64,000 nucleotides of DNA from an uncultured delta proteobacterium (GTDB taxonomy: Bacteria; Desulfobacterota; Binatia; UBA9968). Both the position numbers and the translations under genes were made by a program. Shown here piece after piece: positions 51,685 through 59,924 of the stretch; the first letter of the stretch is position 1; the number at the start of each line of letters is the position of its first letter. The DNA lies in the NCBI GenBank assembly GCA_963771465.1, contig CAVYTU010000017.1, positions 960,001-1,024,000 of the forward strand, given 5' to 3'. The notes beneath the pieces are model-generated. The model was not told the DNA's origin, did not search any database, and saw only the letters and a program-made list of their open reading frames with translations.

Positions 51685-53400
51685 CTATAGGGTTTGGTTG
51701 GCAAATTTTCGCGCCACCAAGGTTGCTCCCATTAGGCCGAATATAAGCATGACACCCAGTGCGGCGGTTGTCGCGACTTCGCCATTGCTCCACAGCTCCC
51801 AAACTAGAACCGATAGTACGATACTGTCGTGGCTATATAACATGATGACAGAGCCCATTGCCTTGGTGACGACAATCGCCGAAAAAATCCAGCCGTTGAC
51901 CAACGCCGGCAGCAAAAGCGGCAGGGTAATTTTCCGAAATGTCTTGAACCACGAGCCGCCGCTGGCGTAAGAAGCCTCTTCGAGCTCTTTGTGGAGTTGC
52001 GTCATTGCGGCGTTCATGACCCGGGTGCCGAATGCGATGCGACTCGTAATGTAAGCGATGAGCAAAATCCAGATCGTGCCGTAAATCGGCACCGGTAGAA
52101 AAATATAAACCCACATCAGCGCCACACCCGTGACGATGCCCGGAATGGCGTGGGGCACGAAGGTGAGGAAGTCGAGGACCTTGCGTCCACGGCCGCGGCT
52201 TTTGACGATAACCCAGGAGAGCACCGAGCAGATCAACATGGTGATCGTCGGCGCCAAAAGCACCATGTAGAGCGTGTTTTTAAGCGCCAGGCCGACTTTG
52301 GAAATGTCGAACACGGTGCGATAATTCTCAAGCGAGATACGGCTCAGCGCGGCCATGGAGGGCGCTTGATAGACCGGCAGCACGGACGCCCAGATCAAAA
52401 CCAGCAGGGGCAAGAGAATGGTAACGAGAAAATAACCCACGACGAACGCGATGGCGATAAACCTCCAACGACCTAAGTCGATGGTTTTGGGGCGATAAGC
52501 TTTACCGGTAATCGTCGCGTACCTGTCGGCGTCGCGGGAAAACTTGCTATAGGCGGCGATTAAAAGGGCGCTGATCGCGAGCAGCAAAATCGCCAAGGTG
52601 CTGAGCATGCCATAATCGGGAGGCGATTCCTGTTTCACGAGATAGATCTTAAAAGCCAAGACCTGTATGCCCGCGCGCATGCCGATCACGCCGGGAATCT
52701 CGAAAGATTCCATGGCGGAGATCAGCACGTAGATCAGCGCGCCCAGGATCGACGGACGCAAAACTCGTAGGGTGATGCGATGGAGCGTGGTTAAAAAGCC
52801 GGCGCCGAGCACGTCCGAGGCCTCCTCGAGCGACGGATCCATGCGGCGAAAAGAACCGGCCATCATCAAAAAAGTGATCGGCGTGAGATGCAACCCCTCA
52901 AGAAAAATCATCCCTGGCAAGTTGTAAATATTTAGCGGCGCTTGATCGAGGTTGAAGGCGTGCTTTAGGGCCAGATTGACGATGCCTGCGCCTGGACTAA
53001 GTAAGAGAACCCAGGCGATGGAAAAGAGTACGCCAGGGATGGCTATTGGTATAAGAAAAAGTGGATAGAGCAGATTTTTACCTGGTAGGTTGGTGCGCTC
53101 AACTAACCAGGCGAAGATGATTCCCAATAAAAGCGCGATCGCCGCCGAGCCCAGTGCGAACAGCAGCGTATTGAACATAAGCTCGTAGGTGGCAGGATTG
53201 GCATAGGCGCGGACATAATTTCCGAGAGTTAATTCCGCCGGCATGCCAATCTGCCCGCTGCGGAAACTCGTCCATAGGAGAAAAATCAGTGGGATGACAA
53301 CGAGGTAGATAGTGACTACGAGGACTGGCCCGACGACCAAAGTCCTTGAGTCCCATCTAAAGGTATCGATACGGGGATAGGTTTGTCTTTCGGCCCTCAT
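51685..53400 (-). CDS. ABC permease, FbpB/ThiP-type with two fused TMD repeats
   Basis: Two EAA loops (LEEASDVLG, LEEASYASG), about 12 TMs. Confidence 0.92.
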   Translation of the reverse strand: MRAERQTYPRIDTFRWDSRTLVVGPVLVVTIYLVVIPLIFLLWTSFRSGQIGMPAELTLGNYVRAYANPATYELMFNTLLFALGSAAIALLLGIIFAWLVERTNLPGKNLLYPLFLIPIAIPGVLFSIAWVLLLSPGAGIVNLALKHAFNLDQAPLNIYNLPGMIFLEGLHLTPITFLMMAGSFRRMDPSLEEASDVLGAGFLTTLHRITLRVLRPSILGALIYVLISAMESFEIPGVIGMRAGIQVLAFKIYLVKQESPPDYGMLSTLAILLLAISALLIAAYSKFSRDADRYATITGKAYRPKTIDLGRWRFIAIAFVVGYFLVTILLPLLVLIWASVLPVYQAPSMAALSRISLENYRTVFDISKVGLALKNTLYMVLLAPTITMLICSVLSWVIVKSRGRGRKVLDFLTFVPHAIPGIVTGVALMWVYIFLPVPIYGTIWILLIAYITSRIAFGTRVMNAAMTQLHKELEEASYASGGSWFKTFRKITLPLLLPALVNGWIFSAIVVTKAMGSVIMLYSHDSIVLSVLVWELWSNGEVATTAALGVMLIFGLMGATLVARKFANQTL

Positions 53401-53440
53401 TTGCGCGCCCTTTCACGCTCACTCTCGAATGTCTAGCGCG

Positions 53441-54454
53441 TCATTTGATGCCAAACTTGTTCTTCAGCTGTTCTTGATACTCCTTGCTCGAGTTGTAAAA
53501 TTCATCATCCTCGTAAATAAACTTCTGACCCTTGATAAGCTGCGCTTGTCGCGAACCGCTGCCGGCGGCAGGGTTGCCTTTGTTCAGTACCTCGTCGATC
53601 GCTTTTTCTCCGTCTGGGGAATAAACCCAGTCGAGCCACACCAGCGCAGCATTCGGGTGAGGTGGTTTGGCGCTGAGAAAACTCTTGGGTCCTCGGCCGA
53701 TCAGAGGATTGGCCTTGACGAGTTCGATGGTGGCGCCTTTGTCTTTGCTCGCCATCGCTCTGAACAGAAACGCCTCGGCAGTGATATGCAGATCGCCGGC
53801 CGCGACGAGGGTGAGCCCCGGCGTCCAGCTCAATATCTTCGGTTGATTAGCCGCCAATTTGGTAACGTAGGCAAGAGTTTTCTCTTTGCCCCAAACATTG
53901 GGTTGGCCAAAAACCACCCACATGTCCATGACATCGGGCACAGCGATTTTGCCTTTCCACTTCGGATCGAGCAAATCTTCCCATGTTTTAGGCGCGTCCT
54001 TGGCGGCAACGAGGTTGGTATTGTAAACCGGCACGCTGACGTTGAAACCGAATGGCGCGTAATAGCCATTGGGATCTCTAGCGTCGGCAGGTAATCTCGA
54101 TAATCCAGGAACGGACCATTTCTGCATCACGCCGGCCTTGACCCAATCCTGCGCCGCTCGCGAGCCGCCGCTAATAACATCCCAACTATATTTCTTCGCA
54201 GTAAACTCGGCCCAAACCCGCTCCTGGGTCGCCTTACTCGATGTGTTCCACTGATCGACCACAATGAAAGGATACTTTTGGTTGAAGCGTTTGATGAACT
54301 CACGGTCTTCCGAGTCCGTGCCGCCGCCCCACCAAATCAACTTTCCTTCGGCTTTGGCTTTTTCAATCACGTCCGCAGGCGCAGCATGAGCCAATGAGTT
54401 TAAAAAGCTGAACAGGATTGCCAAGACTAAAAGGCGCATCGATGATTTCTCCAT
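53441..54454 (-). CDS. ABC solute-binding protein (FbpA/AfuA-like cluster)
   Basis: Signal peptide AHA-A, AKAEGKL, YNTNLV, PKTWEDLLDPKWKG, PHPNAA. Confidence 0.9.
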   Translation of the reverse strand: MEKSSMRLLVLAILFSFLNSLAHAAPADVIEKAKAEGKLIWWGGGTDSEDREFIKRFNQKYPFIVVDQWNTSSKATQERVWAEFTAKKYSWDVISGGSRAAQDWVKAGVMQKWSVPGLSRLPADARDPNGYYAPFGFNVSVPVYNTNLVAAKDAPKTWEDLLDPKWKGKIAVPDVMDMWVVFGQPNVWGKEKTLAYVTKLAANQPKILSWTPGLTLVAAGDLHITAEAFLFRAMASKDKGATIELVKANPLIGRGPKSFLSAKPPHPNAALVWLDWVYSPDGEKAIDEVLNKGNPAAGSGSRQAQLIKGQKFIYEDDEFYNSSKEYQEQLKNKFGIK

Positions 54455-54485
54455 GAGTCGATAAGCTGCTCGGTTCGCAGGCTCG

Positions 54486-55373
54486 TTAAATTAAGCAAAA
54501 CGGCGGACGTTGGCGGCCGGGCGCGCCTAGTTGGACGACAAAAAGCGTCGCGCCTTTTTTGCTCGACGTGGCCGCATAGGGAGCGTTGGCGGGATAATAC
54601 ATGCAGGAGACTGCGCGATATTCTTTTCCGTCATACGACACGTCTCCGTCGATGAGCAGGCGGATCTGCTCGCATTCGGCTATGCCTGCCGGCGTGCTGG
54701 CGCCGGCGTCGAGGCCGACTATCTTGATGTTCGGACCGAGCTCGTTGAAGTAGCCCAGATGTTTAACTTGCACGCCCGGAACATTTTCCAGCGGTTCGAA
54801 ATTATATTGCCCGGTATGCATGACCACGTAATTGTTATATCTCGCTTCCGGGTATTCTATCTTTCGCCCGAAGACATATTCTCTGATCGCCTCGGCGCTG
54901 TCTTGCTTGCGGCCATCGGGCCAGACGAACAAGCCTTTCTCCAAGGTGCCGATCTCGGCCAATTTTTGCTGTGCTTCGTGATATTCCGGCGAAGCATGAT
55001 AGAGGATCGGGTGACGCGACACGCCGGGAAACTGCATGGTGAAGCGAATATTTTCGTCGCAGCCTTCCTCGGTGTAAGTCGGTCCGTAGGGTATTCCCTC
55101 GGGCACATAGATCGCGTCGCCTTGTCTGAGGACTTCATGCTTGCTGTAGTTCTCGCCGCCCTTGAGAAAATAACGCACCTGATCAAAATCATGCTTGTGG
55201 CGCGGGTTCATGCGTTCGTGGTTATAAACCGTCATGCCAGCGTTCATGGAAATGCTCCGGTCACGGTCGTAAAAACCAAAATGAACACTGCGTCGGCCGC
55301 CGCCTCGATGTTTGACGACTTGCCCCCATGAGGACTCATGCTCCGAAACAGTGACGGGTGTAGCTAGGTTCAT
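54486..55373 (-). CDS. Uncharacterised bicupin-like protein, paralog 2
   Basis: PRHKHDFDQVRY and GDAIYVPEGIPYGP cupin motifs; AAGGA RBS. Confidence 0.8.
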   Translation of the reverse strand: MNLATPVTVSEHESSWGQVVKHRGGGRRSVHFGFYDRDRSISMNAGMTVYNHERMNPRHKHDFDQVRYFLKGGENYSKHEVLRQGDAIYVPEGIPYGPTYTEEGCDENIRFTMQFPGVSRHPILYHASPEYHEAQQKLAEIGTLEKGLFVWPDGRKQDSAEAIREYVFGRKIEYPEARYNNYVVMHTGQYNFEPLENVPGVQVKHLGYFNELGPNIKIVGLDAGASTPAGIAECEQIRLLIDGDVSYDGKEYRAVSCMYYPANAPYAATSSKKGATLFVVQLGAPGRQRPPFCLI

Positions 55374-55398
55374 AAATAATCCTTTTCAGTGATTGAAG

Positions 55399-56283
55399 TT
55401 AGATCAAACACCACGGCGGTGGCTGACCATTGGCAATGCCGAGTTGCATCACCAGCAAGGTTGCCCCTTTGGCGCTGGATGTCGAAGGATAGGGCACCTG
55501 TGCAGGAAAATACATGCAGGAAATCGCGCTGTGCGATTCGCCTTGAAACGAAATTTCGCCGTCGATGACGTAGCGCACTTGCTCGCAGGGCGCGGTGCCG
55601 GGTTGGGTGCTGGCGCCGGCGTCGATGCGGACTATCTTGATGTTTGGACCGAGCTCGTTGAAATAACCTAAATGCTTGACCTCGACACCTGGCACGCCTG
55701 GCAGAGGAGTCCATGCGTACTCGTTCGAGTGCATTACGATGTATTCGTCATAGCGCGCTTTTGGGTATTCGAGCGGTTTACCGCCGAGATGCTCGCGAAT
55801 CGCTTCGGCACTATCTTGCTTGCGGCCGTTGGGCCAGACGAAAAGACCTTTGTCATCAAACGTCCCGCCCATTTCGCGCAAGTCGAGCTCGCCCATTTGC
55901 ACTTCGTTGCGCTGGAAAAACGGCCGCTTGGACGCGCCTTGAAACTGCATACCGAGGCGGACGTTCTCATCGCAACCTTCAGCTGTAAAAGTCGGTCCGT
56001 AGGGCACCCCTTCCGGAAAATAGACGCAATCGCCGGGACCGAAAACTTGTTTACTGTAATTTTCTCCGCCCCGCGCATAGTAACGAACCTGGTCGAAGTC
56101 ATGCTTGTGGCGTGGGTTGAGACGTTCTGCGGTATAAACCGACATGCTTGCGTTGATTGCAACACCATGCGCGCGGTCGAAAAATCCGAAGTTTTTGCCT
56201 TTGCGCCCGCCGCCGCGATGTCCTACAAGCTGGCCGAACGCCATTTTCTCGCCGGGAACTATAACCGGTGCAGTAATTGCCAT
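55399..56283 (-). CDS. Uncharacterised bicupin-like protein, paralog 1
   Basis: PRHKHDFDQVRY and GDCVYFPEGVPYGP; AAGGAG RBS; aligns end-to-end with paralog 2. Confidence 0.8.
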   Translation of the reverse strand: MAITAPVIVPGEKMAFGQLVGHRGGGRKGKNFGFFDRAHGVAINASMSVYTAERLNPRHKHDFDQVRYYARGGENYSKQVFGPGDCVYFPEGVPYGPTFTAEGCDENVRLGMQFQGASKRPFFQRNEVQMGELDLREMGGTFDDKGLFVWPNGRKQDSAEAIREHLGGKPLEYPKARYDEYIVMHSNEYAWTPLPGVPGVEVKHLGYFNELGPNIKIVRIDAGASTQPGTAPCEQVRYVIDGEISFQGESHSAISCMYFPAQVPYPSTSSAKGATLLVMQLGIANGQPPPWCLI

Positions 56284-56439
56284 AATAATCTCCTTCGTGG
56301 ATTTAAACTGTAAGTGGCTTCTTAGATTAATAGCTCAGGCGCGGAGTTAGTGTCAAACGACGGCCGAGCGCTTAAAGAAAAACACGCTCGTTTTGGCAAG
56401 ATCCGTGGACTAAAACTATGCGGATCGGCGCGGGCACCT

Positions 56440-57699
56440 TCAGCAGCACGGTAGCGGATTCTCGATCAAGTTGTAGACATGATCGAAGGTCACGTCGTTG
56501 ATGCGGGCGAGGATTTTAAACGTGCGCGGCGGTTCATTCTTGAGGAAAACCATCAGCGCGGTTTCTACCGGCGGACAGCCGGCTTTGACACAGGGGACTT
56601 CCTTGACCACGATGGCCGCGTCGGCGGGGAACTCCAGGATGGTTTGTACCCAGTAGCGGATTTGATCCAAGGTAAACTTCGACACGTCTTGTTTTTTGCC
56701 GTAGGGATCGACGTCGTCGGCCGATGACGCAGCGCCATTCCCCGTCGTGATGCAGTTCATGAAACCTTGAGTAATTTTTTCACGGTCCAAGTTTCTACCG
56801 ATAAAGACCAATCGGTTGAGCCGGTCTTCTGCTTCCGCCCACGCCCGGCCGGGCCGGCCTTCAAACAGTAAATGGACCCCCTGGAAGACGAACTGGTCGG
56901 GGTCTTTGCGCAGGTTGAGGATTCCTTTCATGCGCAACATCCGTTCGCCGAATTCGCCGATCAGCTCACGAAACCACTGGCTGATCTTGACGCCGTCGAG
57001 GTCGCCGGCGGTTTCGATGGCGACGGTTTCGATGTCCTCGGTGTGAGCGTGGTTATGATCATGTTTGGCCGCTTTGATTTCCAAGTCGAGGCCGCGCAGG
57101 TCGAGAACCATGCCGATATCGATATCGGAGTTTCTCGTCTGGCAGACTCGCGCCGCGCCGTTCAAGTTGCGCAGTTTGAATTCCAGTTCCGGCAGATCTT
57201 CTGGATTGATCAAATCGATCTTGTTGAGCAGCACCATGTCGGCGAAAGCGATCTGCTCTTTGGCTTCCGGCGAACTACTCAACTGTTGGAGGATATGCTT
57301 AGCGTCGACGACGGTGACGACGCCGTTGAGCGCATAAGCGCTTTTAATTCGATCATCGATAAAAAAACTCTGCACCACCGGCGCCGGATCGGCGAGGCCG
57401 GTAGTTTCGATCATCAGGGTGTCGAATTTTTCGCGATGATCGAGCAGTTGCAACAAACTGCGCAACAGGTCGCCGCGCACGCTGCAACAAATGCAGCCGT
57501 TGCTCATCTCGACAACTTCCTGGTCCGAGGAGATCAACAGGTGGTGATCGATGCCGACCGCGCCGAACTCGTTGACGATGACGGCGACCCGCCGGCCATG
57601 ATCGGCGGTCAGGATGCGATTGAGCAAGGTCGTTTTGCCGGCGCCTAAAAAACCCGTGAGTACGGTTACCGGCACCCGTTGATCGTTAGTCTCTGACAT
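56440..57699 (-). CDS. COG0523/CobW G3E metallochaperone GTPase with an extra Cys-rich C-terminal domain
   Basis: GFLGAGKT, NEFG, GCICC, ETTG, NKID, short His tract, RMKG, QGVH, LVFIG; C-terminal CVKAGCPP...PCC. Confidence 0.92.
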   Translation of the reverse strand: MSETNDQRVPVTVLTGFLGAGKTTLLNRILTADHGRRVAVIVNEFGAVGIDHHLLISSDQEVVEMSNGCICCSVRGDLLRSLLQLLDHREKFDTLMIETTGLADPAPVVQSFFIDDRIKSAYALNGVVTVVDAKHILQQLSSSPEAKEQIAFADMVLLNKIDLINPEDLPELEFKLRNLNGAARVCQTRNSDIDIGMVLDLRGLDLEIKAAKHDHNHAHTEDIETVAIETAGDLDGVKISQWFRELIGEFGERMLRMKGILNLRKDPDQFVFQGVHLLFEGRPGRAWAEAEDRLNRLVFIGRNLDREKITQGFMNCITTGNGAASSADDVDPYGKKQDVSKFTLDQIRYWVQTILEFPADAAIVVKEVPCVKAGCPPVETALMVFLKNEPPRTFKILARINDVTFDHVYNLIENPLPCC

Positions 57700-57724
57700 C
57701 TGTAAAGTCCTCGTTGTTCGTTGA

Positions 57725-57753
57725 AAAATAACAATGGCTCACCGTTGAGTCAA
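57725..57753 (-). promoter_or_regulatory. Putative sigma70 promoter of the COG0523 gene
   Basis: Minus strand TTGACT-N17-TATTTT with extended TG. Confidence 0.45.
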
Positions 57754-57798
57754 TCGCGCGGCAATTGTATATCTTGTCCACTCACGGAGGGTTTTGGC

Positions 57799-58548
57799 AT
57801 GAAACTTAAAGGCAAAGTGGCATTCATCACCGGCTTCGGATCGGGTTTGGGACAGGCGATTGCCGTGATGTTCGCTCAGGAAGGCGCCGCAGTGGCGGGC
57901 ACTTCACCGACGGAATCCAAAGGACGCGAGACTGTGGTGTTGGTCGAGAAGGTCGGCGGCCGCGCGCTTTTTTGGCCCGGTGACGTTGCCAATTCGGCGC
58001 AGATAAAGACTCTTATCGACGAAACCGTGCGGCAATTGGGCGGCATCGACATCGTCGTCAATAGCGGCGGCGTGCGCACCAACGGCAGCATCACCGACAT
58101 CAGCGAAGCGGATTGGGACCGCACTCTCGACATTAATCTAAAGGGCGCGTTCATCGTCTCGCGCCTGGCGATTCCAGAAATGAAAAAACGCGGCGGCGGC
58201 GTGATTCTACACATCGCAGCGCGCTCGGGCATGATCGGGCAAGGCGGGCGAGCGGCTTACTGCGCTTCTAAAGGCGGCATGGTCACACTCACCGAAGCGA
58301 TGGCGATGGATCACGCCAAAGATAAGATTCGCGTCAACTGCATTTGCCCGGGGCCGACGCGCACGCCGATGGTCGACACCTCGACGCCGGAAAAACTGGC
58401 GCGTTACAAAACCAGGGTTCCGATCGGCCGCATTGGCGAGCCGCAAGACGTCGCCTATGCGGCGCTGTATTTAGCGTCAGACGAGGCTTCGATGGTAACG
58501 GCGGCCATATTACCGGTGGACGGCGGTATGCGGCTCACCGGTTCCTAA
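57799..58548 (+). CDS. Short-chain dehydrogenase/reductase
   Basis: TGFGSGLG, YCASK, IRVNCICPG, VDGG; GGAGG RBS. Confidence 0.93.
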   Translation: MKLKGKVAFITGFGSGLGQAIAVMFAQEGAAVAGTSPTESKGRETVVLVEKVGGRALFWPGDVANSAQIKTLIDETVRQLGGIDIVVNSGGVRTNGSITDISEADWDRTLDINLKGAFIVSRLAIPEMKKRGGGVILHIAARSGMIGQGGRAAYCASKGGMVTLTEAMAMDHAKDKIRVNCICPGPTRTPMVDTSTPEKLARYKTRVPIGRIGEPQDVAYAALYLASDEASMVTAAILPVDGGMRLTGS

Positions 58549-58585
58549 GAATCAGATGACGAAATGAATTGAGAAGGACAGAATC

Positions 58586-59224
58586 ATGCTCGACGTAAGG
58601 CCAATTGGAATTGAAGATTATGCGGAGCGGTACAGCAAGCCGCTCTCCGCGTTGCACGATAAGTTATGGGTCGAAACCTATTCGAAAATGCACAGCCACA
58701 AGATGATGGTCGGCGCGCTGGAGGGACAGTTCTTGAAAATGCTCGCAGCGATGACCGGAGCGCGGCGCATTCTCGAGATCGGCATGTACACCGGTTATAG
58801 CACCCTCGCGTGGGCCGAAGCGTTGCCTAAGGACGGCAGGGTTGTCACCTGTGACATCAACCCGGAGACAACCGAGATCGCCAAACGCTACTTTGCCGAG
58901 AGCCCGCATGGTCACAAGATTGAAATCAAGCTCGGCCCGGCGTTGGAATCCTTGAAAACCGTTTGGGGTCCCTTCGATATCTGCTTTATCGACGCCGACA
59001 AGGAAAACTACGGCGCTTACTACGAACAGTGTGTCGAGTTGGCGAGACCAAGAGGACTGATCGTTCTCGACAACATGCTGCTCGGCGGCAAAGTTCTCGA
59101 CCCCGCCGATCCGCGCACCGTTGCCGTCGATGCCCTCAACAAACGCATCCGCAATGATCCGAGAGTAGAGAACGTCCTTTTGCCGGTGCGTGACGGGATC
59201 ATGCTGGCGCGCAAGGTTGCATGA
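58586..59224 (+). CDS. Class I O-methyltransferase (CCoAOMT/Methyltransf_3 family)
   Basis: LEIGMYTGYS, FIDADK, LDNML, LPVRDG. Confidence 0.93.
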   Translation: MLDVRPIGIEDYAERYSKPLSALHDKLWVETYSKMHSHKMMVGALEGQFLKMLAAMTGARRILEIGMYTGYSTLAWAEALPKDGRVVTCDINPETTEIAKRYFAESPHGHKIEIKLGPALESLKTVWGPFDICFIDADKENYGAYYEQCVELARPRGLIVLDNMLLGGKVLDPADPRTVAVDALNKRIRNDPRVENVLLPVRDGIMLARKVA

Positions 59225-59255
59225 GAGGGAAAGTGTCGAGCCCTACGGATTTTGG

Positions 59256-59747
59256 TTAGCGAATTTGCTTTCCTCTTTTCTCATGTTCGCGCAGAAAAAG
59301 GTTGTACAGAGAGGCAACGGTGCGCTCTTCTAATTCCGGGTGGCCGGAGCGATTGCGGGCGACGATGGTGATGCTCAAATCCTCCTTCTTCTCGAGTTCG
59401 ATCAATTCCGCGTCTTTTGATTTCAGATGAGCACCCACGGTGCGTAAAGTGTTCGCCAGACTGTGCGAGTCCGGCAGGCGGTTGGTTTTGGCTCTTTGCG
59501 AGCGTCCTTGGCGGTCGAGCTGCTCGATGTCTTGCCATGTGAAGGTCAGCGAGCTGCTCAATCCTTCACTGCGGTTACGCTGCTGCCAATTGCGCAGCTT
59601 GGCGAGGAGCGAATTTTCTTGATCCGGTTCGCCCGTCACGATAAAGCGCTCGCCTTGTAGCTGTAATTTAAAATTCCGAATGCGCTGGGCTTCGAGCGAC
59701 TGGCCGATGGTTCGCAGTTGGAGATCGTAAGATTTCTTTTCCGCCAT
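59256..59747 (-). CDS. Hypothetical protein with internal duplication; paralog of 10840-11331
   Basis: LRTIGQSLE and LRTVGAHL segments; GAGG RBS. Confidence 0.78.
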   Translation of the reverse strand: MAEKKSYDLQLRTIGQSLEAQRIRNFKLQLQGERFIVTGEPDQENSLLAKLRNWQQRNRSEGLSSSLTFTWQDIEQLDRQGRSQRAKTNRLPDSHSLANTLRTVGAHLKSKDAELIELEKKEDLSITIVARNRSGHPELEERTVASLYNLFLREHEKRGKQIR

Positions 59748-59857
59748 GAACAACCTCACCTGGACGCTCTACATCGATCCATTGGTTTATCCGAGTTACG
59801 CTGCGCGTTCATAGCACTCTCGCCTTTGGCAAACAAGGTCTAAAACTCCTCACTTTC

Positions 59858-59886
59858 TTGACATCAGTTGGGGGCAAAAGTAAGGT
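59858..59886 (+). promoter_or_regulatory. Putative sigma70 promoter of the ubiD-family operon
   Basis: TTGACA-N17-TAAGGT. Confidence 0.6.
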
Positions 59887-59924
59887 GAGAAACTCGATTA
59901 CTTTCACTTCCCACGGAGGCATTC

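Noticed and set aside
56400-56442. TGA after Cys-Cys followed by a hairpin (possible selenocysteine/SECIS)
   Set aside because: Readthrough adds only 7 residues before TAG and the hairpin does not resemble a bacterial SECIS; more likely a 3' end structure.
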